The position numbers were made by a program, and so were the translations under genes. The notes under the pieces are model-generated. The model searched no databases and was not told where the DNA came from. It saw only the letters and a list, made by a program, of their open reading frames with translations. Below are positions 1 through 10,429 of a DNA stretch of 64,000 nt, one piece after another; position 1 is the first letter of the stretch, and each line of letters opens with the position of its first letter. The stretch covers positions 192,001 to 256,000 of the forward strand of contig CBDEFO010000004.1 in assembly GCA_965237525.1 (NCBI GenBank), written 5' to 3'. The stretch comes from Candidatus Latescibacterota bacterium (GTDB taxonomy: Bacteria; Latescibacterota; CBDEFO01).

Positions 1-731
1 TAGAGAGCAAAATAAAGGAAGACAGAGGCATGAAGAGCGTAACAGTCAGGAGACAAGTGATCTTGTGCAACTGGGGCACAAAGGCTCGAGACATCATAGA
101 CGAGTTTATGATGGATTCAAAGATGGCAGATACACCTATAGTGTTGATAGATGACATGGAACATAAGCCCCCGATAGATCAGGAGAACGTGCTCTTTGTC
201 AGCGGGGACAGCACGTCCGAGGATACTCTAAAAAGGGCGGGAATATCCGACGCGGAAACCGTTATTGTGCTCTCAGACGAGGACGTCGAAGTCTACTCAA
301 GGGACGCAAAGGCGATACTGACCGTCTTGACCGTAAAGTCTTTGAATCCGGATGTCTATACCTGTGTAGAGCTTCTGGATGCGGAGAACACTCGGCACGC
401 CGAAAGAGCCAAGGCAGATGAGGTGATAGTCACGGGTGAGATTTCCAGAAGGCTTTTGGCCCGCTCCGCTCTGGACCATGGGATCTCGAACGTGGTATCT
501 GAGCTCGTGTGCGGCAGTTACGGAAACGCATTCTTTAAAGTGGATATAGCTCCCTCTATGATAGGTCAGTCTGTGGAAGATCTCCTCCTGTCTTTAAAGA
601 AAAATCACAAATCTACGTTGATAGCTATAGAGAGGGGAAAGGAAAATATCACCAATCCCGAACCTGGTGAGATTATTCAGGGGGGCGATCGCCTGATCGT
701 CCTTACACAAAAAAGACCGAGTCTGACTTGA
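1..731 (+). CDS. Potassium channel protein, C-terminal TrkA-N/TrkA-C (RCK) domains; 5' part outside window
   Basis: Motifs ILCNWG, GDSTSEDTLKRAGI, DAKAILTVL and NPEPGEIIQGGDRL. The frame stays open upstream of ATG 30 to the window edge. Confidence 0.85.
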   Translation, partial: ESKIKEDRGMKSVTVRRQVILCNWGTKARDIIDEFMMDSKMADTPIVLIDDMEHKPPIDQENVLFVSGDSTSEDTLKRAGISDAETVIVLSDEDVEVYSRDAKAILTVLTVKSLNPDVYTCVELLDAENTRHAERAKADEVIVTGEISRRLLARSALDHGISNVVSELVCGSYGNAFFKVDIAPSMIGQSVEDLLLSLKKNHKSTLIAIERGKENITNPEPGEIIQGGDRLIVLTQKRPSLT

Positions 732-749
732 GAAAGGGGGAAAAGGGCT

Positions 750-1271
750 TTGAGCATGTTTGGAAGGGCAAAGGCGATATTCAAGTCGAGGAAAAAGAGC
801 AAGCCTTCATCAGAGAAAAAGACCGTTCAAAATCTGGGAATAGGCGACGTTGTCTCCTATTACGGTCAGGACTTCATAGTTAAAGGGAGCATTAAATATT
901 CCGAGGGAGGTGACCTGTGGTTCGGGTACAGGCTCGTTGAGGGTGATGAAGTCAAGTGGCTCGGCGTCGAAGAGGACGACGGCCTTGAGCTTACGTTCTG
1001 GGAGAAAGTAAAAATGCGTATTCCCAAGCCTGTTCCGGATGTTCTTAACTACGAGGATGAGGAATTCGAGTTAGAGGAGCACGGACACGCAAAGACTACA
1101 TTGACTGAAGAGTCAGGGAACGCCAGGATACTGGATGTGGAGTACTGGGATTTCGAAGGGAAGGACGAAAATCTCCTGTCGGTCGAAAGATGGGGAGAAG
1201 AATACGAGGTGAGCGTAGGAAAATCCATAAATGAGTATGACATAGAGGTCTATCCAGGGAGTTTGGATTAG
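750..1271 (+). CDS. DUF4178 domain protein
   Basis: LGIGDVVSY, WFGYRL, WLGVEEDD, VEYWDF and LSVERW pattern. PspA/DUF350 neighbourhood is typical for this family. Confidence 0.75.
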   Translation: MSMFGRAKAIFKSRKKSKPSSEKKTVQNLGIGDVVSYYGQDFIVKGSIKYSEGGDLWFGYRLVEGDEVKWLGVEEDDGLELTFWEKVKMRIPKPVPDVLNYEDEEFELEEHGHAKTTLTEESGNARILDVEYWDFEGKDENLLSVERWGEEYEVSVGKSINEYDIEVYPGSLD

Positions 1272-1378
1272 TATTGCATTGTAGCTCTGCTTCTCTACAA
1301 GCCAAGGACTTGCACGAGTTACGACCTGCTGGAAGCGGCGTGAAAATCTCTCCTTCGGCCTATCCACAGGAGGCCGTC

Positions 1379-2521
1379 ATGGAATGCATAACTAGCAGCG
1401 TTCTTATACTATTAGTGATCATTGGGACATTGACCTTGCCGGAGTTGGGTCTCGCGCAGGATGAAAGCGTGCCGTCAAAAGAAACGTTGTTGGCGTTGTC
1501 AGCGTTGGAAGGGCTGCACGCCAAGCTCACTGGACGTGCGGATGTGACCCTTGACGAAATAGTTATGGAAGCCGCAAGAACTGTATATCTCCCGGAGAAC
1601 AGGGCGCGCACCACTTTGGCGATGCTAATCGGCAAGGCGACCTCCGATAGCAAGGTGGAGGGAGATTCCCTGAAAGTGAAAAAGGAGATTGAGCAAAGGG
1701 CAGCAACCCTCTCAGGAGTGGAACCTGATACTCTTTCCCTCTTCGTCACTGAACTGTTGACCTTGACGCAGGCCTTCCTTGAAGGGGGAGAGAACCCTTT
1801 CATGGATGAAATCCTGGGTGAGGCGGCGGATGCAGTGAATCTAGATGAAAACAAGGGCAACAATCTTGCTCGGACATTGGTTTATTACGCGGCAAAAAGG
1901 CTACGTCCTCTCCCTCGGAAGGAGATAAAACAGATACCGCGCGCAGCCTATGTGCTCGCCGTTAACTTACAAGCGTCCGATCGGTCCATTGATGACCGAA
2001 AGATGAAATCTTGGAGCAAGAAAACAATAAGGACCGGCACCAGCTACATAGCGGAAAAGTTGAGCAAGTCTATGACAATGAGTAGGAGGTTCAGGCGGAT
2101 AGTGCCTTCTTACAACATCGTGGATTCGAAGAATCTAATGGCAGACTATCTGCTTGTGCTCCATGTGGAGAGCGAGACTTGGGACTGGGTGAAGGATACA
2201 AGGGAAAGGGCCGAGAGAGATCCAGACGAACTCCTGGTCTCAAAGAAGAGAAAGAGTTATTGGGAGAGAAAACGTGAGGGCAAGGTATACGAGATTACCG
2301 TTGAACTTGAGGAGAGGATCGAGATGCTGCCCGATGGGGAAAAAGTGTGGAGTGACCACGCAACACTGAAAAGATATGTGGATGAGCTAAGCCGCACGGT
2401 GAAGCAAGACGAAACCTTTATCGCAAGGGGTGAGTGGAAGATCTATGAAAGCTCAGTCCGGCACGGCATCTGGGACCTCGTAACCCGTCAAGCCATCAGG
2501 GATTTCACCAAATTGAAATAG
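1379..2521 (+). CDS. Hypothetical exported protein
   Basis: AGGAGG precedes ATG 1379, followed by a hydrophobic signal-like N-terminus. No family recognised. Confidence 0.6.
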   Translation: MECITSSVLILLVIIGTLTLPELGLAQDESVPSKETLLALSALEGLHAKLTGRADVTLDEIVMEAARTVYLPENRARTTLAMLIGKATSDSKVEGDSLKVKKEIEQRAATLSGVEPDTLSLFVTELLTLTQAFLEGGENPFMDEILGEAADAVNLDENKGNNLARTLVYYAAKRLRPLPRKEIKQIPRAAYVLAVNLQASDRSIDDRKMKSWSKKTIRTGTSYIAEKLSKSMTMSRRFRRIVPSYNIVDSKNLMADYLLVLHVESETWDWVKDTRERAERDPDELLVSKKRKSYWERKREGKVYEITVELEERIEMLPDGEKVWSDHATLKRYVDELSRTVKQDETFIARGEWKIYESSVRHGIWDLVTRQAIRDFTKLK

Positions 2522-2544
2522 CGACTATCGGAAGGAGGTATATC

Positions 2545-4221
2545 ATGGAAACTTTTCGGTCTTTGTTGGCGTGGCAGGGACTCCTGGCGCTCTGGATAGT
2601 CGGACAGGTGCTCATATTTGCGATGACACGATCAGTCTGGGCAGAGGTAGAACTCGATGCTGTCAGGACGATATGTGTGTGCTCAGTCGTTCAGAAAGGA
2701 AAAATACTTGCCCCGGATTTCAGTGAGTTTTTGGCGGGATACCTGGACAACGTCAAGAACTACACGCTCCACAACCTCGATGAGTACAACTTAAAAGAAA
2801 GATTCATACTTAATCGGGAAAAACCAGAGATGCCTGCGCGAGAGAAGGCCGCTGAGTTAGGTGCTGACGCCCTGCTTCTCGCAAAAGTAGAGGACTTCAA
2901 GGACTACGATCGGAAAGGAAAGGTGGAGCTCCGTCTGTTCGATGTGAAGAGCGGAACGGAGATCCGAAAATGGTCCGCGATGTTCGAAGCGCCGTACTTC
3001 GATCCTCCCTTCTACCGTAACACCCAACCCTACGGCAACCTTGATGAGGTTTTCGCAGAGTTTCCCGTTAAGACGTACGAGGCTCCTATAGAGATCAGGT
3101 TGCTGGTGGTGTCGGATCAGCGCCTCAGGGGCGAGGGACGCCGTACGAAGGACTATTTGATGTCCCAATTGGCCCTTGCCTCCCGGATTATGGAACGAGA
3201 ATTCGGCATGAAACTCATCGTTGAGCGGGTTAAGCGATGGCGGCCGCCCGAGGGCAACATCACCAGCATAGCCAAAGCGGCTGCGAGCATTCCGGGCAGA
3301 GAGAATGTCAATCTTACCTTGGTGAGTCTCGGCCCTCCTGCTCCGACTACTTACTGGTCCAGACCAACGGCTATTGGCTATGCGCGCCTGCACACCAACG
3401 TCTTCGTGACGAAGATCATGAACGCCCACGTCTTTGTTCATGAGATTGCGCACGTCTTCGGCGCTATCCATGTCGACCAGGAGGGGTGCATTATGCAACC
3501 TATCCTTGCACGTCATCGAATGACAGAACGAATCGAGATTTTGCCTCACATAATGTTCAGCGAGACTAACAAACGGATAGTAAACGTTTCAAAGTCCATC
3601 TCGATCGGAGCGGACTACGAGCGCCATCTGGACAAGATCTCGAAGCTCGCGTCGATCTACGAGGAACTGAAAGAAGATCATTTGGCAGAGCTCGCATCTT
3701 ATTATTCTAGATTGCTGGTGAATCTAGGCAAGATCGACGAAGCTCTCGAACTACTTCAGGATGCGCTAAAGGTAGACCCGACCGATTCCGTGCTCCGGTA
3801 CTTTCTCATAGAAAATCTCCTCAAGGCAGGAAGATATGAGGAGGCACAGCAGCTAAAGCAGGCTGATTTTGACCTTCGCAAGGCTAGGTGGAAGCTCAAG
3901 GACTATGCCTCAATTCGTCTTTCGACTTCCTTTTTGATCTTCGGGGAACTCTCCGCCGGCAGACACAAAGTCAGGAAAATCACCGTATCCAACTTGGGAA
4001 CAAAGATGCTCGAGATATCCCGGATTACCTCACCGGCAAAACCGTTTTCTCTATCGGAGGACTTGCCCAAGACCCCGAGGGTGGAAACAGGGGAATCCCT
4101 GGACATAGAGGTGATCTTCCGTCCTGAAGAGGTTGGTTCGTATCAGAGCACATTTGAGATCTTTAGCAATGCACGTAAAAAGGGACTCACTTCGGTGAGC
4201 CTAACAGGTCGGGGGATATAG
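2545..4221 (+). CDS. Secreted metzincin (M12-like) metallopeptidase with TPR and C-terminal Ig-like (ASH/choice-of-anchor D) domain
   Basis: AGGAGG RBS; HEIAHVFGAIH zinc motif plus CIM Met-turn; TPR-like helices; ITVSNLGTKMLEI...VIFRPEEVG Ig-like pattern. Confidence 0.75.
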   Translation: METFRSLLAWQGLLALWIVGQVLIFAMTRSVWAEVELDAVRTICVCSVVQKGKILAPDFSEFLAGYLDNVKNYTLHNLDEYNLKERFILNREKPEMPAREKAAELGADALLLAKVEDFKDYDRKGKVELRLFDVKSGTEIRKWSAMFEAPYFDPPFYRNTQPYGNLDEVFAEFPVKTYEAPIEIRLLVVSDQRLRGEGRRTKDYLMSQLALASRIMEREFGMKLIVERVKRWRPPEGNITSIAKAAASIPGRENVNLTLVSLGPPAPTTYWSRPTAIGYARLHTNVFVTKIMNAHVFVHEIAHVFGAIHVDQEGCIMQPILARHRMTERIEILPHIMFSETNKRIVNVSKSISIGADYERHLDKISKLASIYEELKEDHLAELASYYSRLLVNLGKIDEALELLQDALKVDPTDSVLRYFLIENLLKAGRYEEAQQLKQADFDLRKARWKLKDYASIRLSTSFLIFGELSAGRHKVRKITVSNLGTKMLEISRITSPAKPFSLSEDLPKTPRVETGESLDIEVIFRPEEVGSYQSTFEIFSNARKKGLTSVSLTGRGI

Positions 4222-4339
4222 TTAGGACTCCCATTTGCATAGAATGAACTGAAAAGAAGCTCGGGCGAGTCAAGGCGCTATTCAGTATCTGTGCAACAGA
4301 TTATGACTATGTTATTTTTGCTATTTGACCGGACAGGAG

Positions 4340-5519
4340 CACAAGGGATAAAAAGGAACTCTATAGGATTTAAGAGCTTTTTCACTATACTAGGACCTGG
4401 CATCGCGATTGCGGCTACGGGCGTGGGCGCAGGCGACACGGTGGCTAGCAACTGTGAGCGGAGCCAATTACGGGCTGGTGATATTGTGGGCGGCCGTTGT
4501 CGGAGCCATCTTGAAATACGCCTTCACCGAAGGACTGGCGAGGTGCCAGTTATCCACAGAGACGACAATCCTGGAAGGCTGGGTCAAAAGATTGGCGCGT
4601 CCGGCTCTAATACTACTTTTTGGACTACCCTGTGCTCTGGTCCTTTATAGTGGGAGGCGCCTTGATTTCAGCCTGCGGCCTTGCGGCATATGCTATGTTT
4701 CCTGGATTGTCGCTGAACACTTGGGCTATCCTACATTCGCTTGCCGCATTCGCCATAGCCCTGAAGGGAGAGTACATCTGGTTTGAGAGGATTATCTAGT
4801 TCTTCGTGGGAGTTATGTTCGTCACGATAGTCGGAAGCGCGCTTTGAGTCTGGCCCGGCACTGTGTCCGTGCCGAAATCCCTGATCCCAAAAGTTTCCCA
4901 GGGATCGTGGAAATTCCTCTTGGGAGTCGTAGGCGCTGTAGGTGGAACCTTGACTCTGCTGTCGTACGGATACTGGATAAAAGAGAAAAGATGGAGCGGG
5001 ACCAGAATGCATGAACGCCATAAGAATAGACCTGTCCACCGCATATATCTTGACAGGCTTATTCGGCGCGGCGATCAGAATCCTCTCGTCCGATGTGCTC
5101 TATAAAGGAGGCATACAAGTATCGGGAAAAGAGGGTGTCCTGAAGATGGCACAGGTTCTTGGAGGTGTCGCAGGAGAAGCGGGACGTTGGATATTCCTTG
5201 TAGGGTTCTGAGGCGCTATCTTTACTTCGGATCTGGGAGTCGAGCAGGGAGTGTCTTATATGTTTGCAGACTATGTAGCTCTTTTGAAGGGACTTTCACA
5301 GGAGGAAAGAGAAAGGACAGTAAGTTCAAAATCTATATGGTACAGAGCGTATCTGACCTTTTTAGCGTTCCCTCCTATATATGAACAATAAGAGGGAATG
5401 GATAGGACAAAAATTGAAAAACGGCGTCCCGTCCAACGTCGTCTTGATCTTGGCTCTTGTCCTTTTGGGCTATCTTTGTGTAGGACAGATCGCAGAAATT
5501 ATCGACAAGTTACGGTAGA
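4340..5519 (+). pseudogene. Nramp-family divalent metal transporter, decayed
   Basis: Fragments GPGIAIAATGVGAGD, LKYAFTEGLAR and GAVGGTLTLLSYGYW lie in different frames, with several in-frame stops as well as frameshifts. Confidence 0.8.
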
Positions 5520-5582
5520 TCAATAATAATTCACAACGTTTTAGGGCTGTAAGCGCACAAACACAAAAAGGAGGTAAGGCAA

Positions 5583-6020
5583 TTGGAAGCGATACTCAAT
5601 CAGTTAGGTCAGTTAAGAGAGGCGGCTCTCTATTTCGTCGTGGGCTTGGTCGTGCTCATAATCGGGCGTAAGATTTTCGATTTAGCTACTCCCTACAACA
5701 TGAACGAAGAGATAGGAGAGAGGAATAACGTAGCCGCCGGAGTCACAGAAGGAGGATTCTACGTGGGCTTGGCGATCATAACCCACGCCGCCATAGCCGG
5801 AGGCTACGCTCTGGACTCTTTATGGAGCGACGTGCTCAATTCAGCGATATACTTTGTGTTCGGCCTCGTTGCTTTAGCGGTCGGCAGGAAGGTTTTGGAT
5901 CTGATAACGCCGTTCAGCATCAATAAGGAGATCGTGGAGGATCAAAACGTAGCTGCAGGTGCCGTTGAGGCAGCTTTTTACGTAGCTATAGCGATCATTA
6001 TCCACGCTACGGTGTCTTAA
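5583..6020 (+). CDS. DUF350 membrane protein
   Basis: Internal duplication DLATPYNMNEEI..NVAAG / DLITPFSINKEI..NVAAG; AGGAGG RBS. Confidence 0.9.
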   Translation: MEAILNQLGQLREAALYFVVGLVVLIIGRKIFDLATPYNMNEEIGERNNVAAGVTEGGFYVGLAIITHAAIAGGYALDSLWSDVLNSAIYFVFGLVALAVGRKVLDLITPFSINKEIVEDQNVAAGAVEAAFYVAIAIIIHATVS

Positions 6021-6701
6021 ATGAAAGCATAAGCGATAGCGGAAAGGATCGAGTAAGATGCTTCAAACAGCTCAAGTAAACCATTTTGAGCTGAGATGTC
6101 GAGATACAAAACTGGAGAGCACTTCCGAATCTGGGCACCTTTGGGGGCTATGTAACCTTGGACTGCGGGCTATACGTGCTTCGATTACCTACTTTAGAGA
6201 ACCCCATTTCTGGGCGCTATTATGCCCCCCGAAGTTCTTTAGATCAATGTCCTATTTGGCATTCGCTACAGTGGAAGCAAGAAGAATGAATATACGAGAA
6301 TCCCAGATTGAAGATATTTTTGCAACATCCCAGAGCTGTTAAGAGGAGTCATACAGATAAGTGAAGATGCAACGTTGACTGCTCGCCAGAAGATTCTTCG
6401 TTCCGGGAATAAGATAGTATTGCTATTCGTTCTTTTATTTTAACTTACATTAGACTGCAAAAATTGTGGATGCACTTGGAATTTCTAAACCGGAGGTGTA
6501 AAGAGGAATTAAATGCGCGCTGTAGGCATTATCACAATGTCCTTGGTTTTACTGCTTTTGTAAATATAGACCTACCGTCCTCTCGGAAACTCTGGGAAAG
6601 ACTCTTATAAAATGAGGTCGTGAACTTTAAGACATATGAAAGTCTTTTTGAAAGAGGAAGAGCTTCGATGAGGGTTATCTAACCAAAAGGAGGTAGTCAA
6701 A

Positions 6702-7370
6702 ATGGGAAAAGGAATGTTTTCTCGTATAGCTGACATTTCAAAAGCCAACATGAACGCACTTTTGGACAGGGCTGAGGACCCTGAGAAGATGATCAAGCAG
6801 ATGGTGATAGAGATGGAGGAAGCCGTAAATAAATCCACAACGTCTGTGGGAGTGGCTATCGCCAACGAGAAGAGATTAGGAAGGGAGTACGAAAATAAGA
6901 AGAAGCAGGCGGAGGAGTGGGAAAGGAAGGCGGTGTTAGCTGTGGAGAAGGGAAGCGATGACCTCGCCAGAAAAGCTTTGGAGAGAAAGAATGCGCTGGC
7001 GAAGGCGGCAGGTGATCTTTCGCCTGTCTTGGAGGAGGCAGGAAATACAGCCGGGCAACTAAGAGGTCAGCTGGATCAGTTGAAGACAAAGCTTGAAGAG
7101 GCTCGTGTTCGTCAGGGCACTCTAATAGCCCGGCATAGAGCGGCGCAGGCAAAAAAAGAGCTCGCTCAAAGCGTCTCAGGACTGGGAGGAGACGCCTTTG
7201 CAAGCTTTGACAGATTTGAACAGAAGATCGAAAGTTCCGAGGCCGAAGCCGAGGCTCACGCTGAGCTTGCAGGAGAAGACTCGCTGGATGACGAGTTTGC
7301 CAAGCTCGAGCAGGAAGGCAGTGCGGACGATGAGCTTGCCGCTTTGAAGGAAAAGATGAAAAAGAAGTAG
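6702..7370 (+). CDS. pspA: PspA/IM30 family protein
   Basis: MFSRIADISKANMNALLDRAEDPEKMIKQ, DDLARKALERK and DELAALKEKM motifs. Confidence 0.95.
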   Translation: MGKGMFSRIADISKANMNALLDRAEDPEKMIKQMVIEMEEAVNKSTTSVGVAIANEKRLGREYENKKKQAEEWERKAVLAVEKGSDDLARKALERKNALAKAAGDLSPVLEEAGNTAGQLRGQLDQLKTKLEEARVRQGTLIARHRAAQAKKELAQSVSGLGGDAFASFDRFEQKIESSEAEAEAHAELAGEDSLDDEFAKLEQEGSADDELAALKEKMKKK

Positions 7371-7397
7371 ATGCGTCGACTTAGGATTATTAGGTTG

Positions 7398-7437
7398 AAA
7401 GGGCTGTCTGCACGCATATCACACAGACAGCCCTTTT
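7398..7437 (+). terminator. Rho-independent terminator after pspA
   Basis: 13-bp inverted repeat AAAGGGCTGTCTG / CAGACAGCCCTTT ending in a T-run. Confidence 0.75.
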
Positions 7438-7629
7438 AAATGCTTTTTCATAGTGCAGAGACAATTTGCATATACTCTGCAGAGAAAAGACAGAGCAAGA
7501 ATCTTACTTGACAAAACTGATAAAATGAATTAAACATTAGTTAGAGACATGGATCTAAATATAGATATAATTGTGATCAAAGTTGTCTGCAGAGAGACTC
7601 CATTTGGGAGATTACAAGGATGAAAAGCG

Positions 7630-8919
7630 ATGTCGGAATCACTCTTTTCCGAGGCAAATCAAAGACTTGAAGAGGCTCTTCGCTACGCGACTCTGACGGA
7701 TGATGCCATTGAACGACTGAAACTGCCCAAAGCCAGTCTGAAGGTCTCCATTCCAGTTCGCATGGACAACGGAGACTTGAGAATCTTTCCCGGGTATCGC
7801 GTGCGTTATGACGATACACGAGGGCCTACGAAAGGAGGCATCCGATTTCACCCAAGTGTTTCTGTTGATGAAGTCCAAACCCTAGCCTTCTGGATGACTT
7901 TCAAATGTGCAGTCTTAAACTTGCCCTTTGGCGGAGCAAAAGGGGGAATTACCGTCAATCCGAAGGAGCTTTCGAAATTTGAATTGGAGCGGCTCAGTCG
8001 TGGGTATATTGATGCGATTGCAGATTTCATCGGTCCCGATATTGACATCCCAGCGCCGGACGTTTACACAAATCAGATGATTATGGGTTGGATGATGGAC
8101 GAGTATAGTGTTATTAAGCGGCAGATCGTCCCCGCTGTGATCACGGGAAAACCGCTGACTATGGGCGGAAGTTTAGGTCGTCAGACGGCAACAGCTATGG
8201 GGGCATTCTTTGTAATGGAAAACGTGATGCCCAAACTCAATCGCTCCGCAGAGTCCACGACGGTTGCCATTCAAGGATTTGGGAATGCCGGTTCTATCCT
8301 TTCAGAGCTGTTATTCCAAGCCGGCTATAAGGTCGTTGCCATCAGTGATTCCAAAGGAGCTATCTATTCCCCAAATGGATTACACATTCCCAGCGTCAAA
8401 GAATTCAAAGAATCTACCCGAGGCCTTAAAGCGGTCTACTGTGAAGATTCCGTTTGTAATATCGTCGAACATGAAATCCTCACCAATGAGGAACTTTTAA
8501 CATTAGATGTTGATGTCCTGATTCCAGCAGCCCTTGAAAACCAGATTACATCAGCCAATGCCGATGGCGTGAAAGCCAAACTCATCTTTGAAGTCGCAAA
8601 TGGGCCAATCTCTCCTGCTGCCGACAAAATTCTGGAGGAGAAGAAAATTCTCGTCTTTCCTGATATTTTAACCAATGCAGGCGGTGTCACAGTGAGCTAC
8701 TTTGAGTGGGCACAAAATCGCACGGGCATTTACTGGACGTCCGACGAAGTGAATAGCCGCTTAAGAGGGAAAATAGTTGAGGAGACTGAGAAAATCTGGG
8801 CGATTACGCAGGAAAAAACGATCTCACTACGTGCAGCCGCATATGTCCATGCATTGAATCGCATGGCGGAGGCAGTTAATGCTAAGGGTACAAAAGATTA
8901 CTATATCCGCGATGACTAG
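7630..8919 (+). CDS. gdhA: Glu/Leu/Phe/Val dehydrogenase (glutamate dehydrogenase 1)
   Basis: KGGIRF, GGAKGG, DIPAPD, GFGNAG and NAGGVTVSYFEW motifs. Confidence 0.92.
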   Translation: MSESLFSEANQRLEEALRYATLTDDAIERLKLPKASLKVSIPVRMDNGDLRIFPGYRVRYDDTRGPTKGGIRFHPSVSVDEVQTLAFWMTFKCAVLNLPFGGAKGGITVNPKELSKFELERLSRGYIDAIADFIGPDIDIPAPDVYTNQMIMGWMMDEYSVIKRQIVPAVITGKPLTMGGSLGRQTATAMGAFFVMENVMPKLNRSAESTTVAIQGFGNAGSILSELLFQAGYKVVAISDSKGAIYSPNGLHIPSVKEFKESTRGLKAVYCEDSVCNIVEHEILTNEELLTLDVDVLIPAALENQITSANADGVKAKLIFEVANGPISPAADKILEEKKILVFPDILTNAGGVTVSYFEWAQNRTGIYWTSDEVNSRLRGKIVEETEKIWAITQEKTISLRAAAYVHALNRMAEAVNAKGTKDYYIRDD

Positions 8920-8978
8920 ACAGTTGAGAGCATATCAAATAGACTGTAGAGGATTGTGTACCTAAAGAAAAGGTCAAG

Positions 8979-10235
8979 ATGGAAAAGAAAAATGAAGTCA
9001 ATCCCTGGGAGACAGCCTTGCGGCAGTTGGATAATGCCGCCGAAAGGCTGAATTTAGATCAGGGCATACACGAGAAATTAAGGCATCCTGAAAGGATACT
9101 GATAGTCTCTGTGCCCACAAAAATGGACGACGGAAGTATCAAGGTCTTTACGGGCTACAGAGTGCAGCACAGCTCAACAAGAGGGCCATCCAAAGGGGGC
9201 ATAAGGTATCATCCGGACGCGAACTTGGACGAGGTGAAGGCTTTGGCTATGTGGATGACGTGGAAGTGCGCTGTGGTGAATATCCCCTTCGGAGGTGCAA
9301 AAGGGGGAGTGACATGCGATCCTAAGGAGATGTCCCTCGGAGAACTTGAGCGGATGACCCGGAGGTTTGCTTCGGAGTTGACTGTCATCCTTGGGCCAGA
9401 TAAAGACATCCCCGCTCCCGATGTCTATACGAACGCTCAAACTATGAGCTGGATAATGGACACCTACAGCATGAACGTGGGACACACTGTTCCGGCTGTG
9501 GTGACCGGCAAGCCCCTATCGATCGGAGGGTCGCAAGGAAGAGAGGAAGCCACAGGGAGAGGATGTGCTCTGGTTATTGACAATGCTATGAAGCATCTGG
9601 GGATAGATATTGATAGCACAGAGGTAGTGGTCCAGGGATTTGGAAATGTAGGCAGAGCAGTAGCTAAGATCCTACACAGCATTGGATATAAGATTATAGG
9701 GGCAAGCGATTCGAAAGGAGGCATTTACAATACCAAAGGACTCGATCCGAATGATTTGATTGAGCTTAGAAATAGCGGAGTATCGCTCTTAGAGTACCCC
9801 GATGGCGATAAGGTCACCAACCAGGAGCTTTTGGAATTGGAGTGCGACATCCTTATACCCGCCGCTTTGGGGAATCAGATCACAGAATCGAACGCGCCCA
9901 GGATTAAAGCCAAAATAGTGGCAGAAGGAGCAAACGGGCCGACAACACCGGATGCGGACAATATCCTCTACGACAGGGATATCTTCGTAATCCCGGACAT
10001 CCTTGCCAACGCAGGCGGTGTTACAGTCTCGTATTTTGAATGGGTTCAGGACCTCCAGGAGTTCTTCTGGAGCGAGAAAGAGGTCAATTCGAGGCTTCAA
10101 AACATTATATGCGGGAGTTTTGAAGAGGTCTTTAAGACTCACCAGAAAGAGGATGTGGATATGCGCAGAGCCGCATATCTTCTGGCAGTGGACAGAGTCG
10201 CAGAAGCAGTCAGAGTGAGGGGAATATATCCCTGA
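8979..10235 (+). CDS. gdhA: Glu/Leu/Phe/Val dehydrogenase (glutamate dehydrogenase 2)
   Basis: KGGIRY, GGAKGG, DIPAPD, GFGNVG, EGANGP and NAGGVTVSYFEW motifs. Confidence 0.95.
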   Translation: MEKKNEVNPWETALRQLDNAAERLNLDQGIHEKLRHPERILIVSVPTKMDDGSIKVFTGYRVQHSSTRGPSKGGIRYHPDANLDEVKALAMWMTWKCAVVNIPFGGAKGGVTCDPKEMSLGELERMTRRFASELTVILGPDKDIPAPDVYTNAQTMSWIMDTYSMNVGHTVPAVVTGKPLSIGGSQGREEATGRGCALVIDNAMKHLGIDIDSTEVVVQGFGNVGRAVAKILHSIGYKIIGASDSKGGIYNTKGLDPNDLIELRNSGVSLLEYPDGDKVTNQELLELECDILIPAALGNQITESNAPRIKAKIVAEGANGPTTPDADNILYDRDIFVIPDILANAGGVTVSYFEWVQDLQEFFWSEKEVNSRLQNIICGSFEEVFKTHQKEDVDMRRAAYLLAVDRVAEAVRVRGIYP

Positions 10236-10252
10236 TCATAAGTAGACAGTAG

Positions 10253-10356
10253 CCCCCGATTGAATCTATCGGGGGTAGACAGGGCACATCCTCCCCCTAA
10301 ACCTAAACCCGTCATTGCGAGTGATCCCTGATAGATTCAATCGGGAAAGCAATCTC
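10253..10356. repeat. REP-like palindromic repeats: a free CCCCGATTGAATCTATCGGGG hairpin and a GTCATTGC...GCAATCTC element
   Basis: Hairpin at 10253-10275 and element at 10311-10356. Related copies at 13634, 54288 and 55397. Confidence 0.8.
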
Positions 10357-10429
10357 TGTTAGACTATCTCCCATCCCATGCTGTCTACTGATTCTTGTGG
10401 AAGAGGTTCCTTGGGAGGTCAAAAAACCG

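Noticed and set aside
6286..6430. Fragment resembling the N-terminus of a NucS-like endonuclease (MNIRESQIEDIF...RQKIL)
   Set aside because: Too short and frameshifted to support a call.
7508..7537. Promoter upstream of the gdh genes
   Set aside because: TTGACA is present but the -10 at 17-18 nt spacing is poor, so it was not called.
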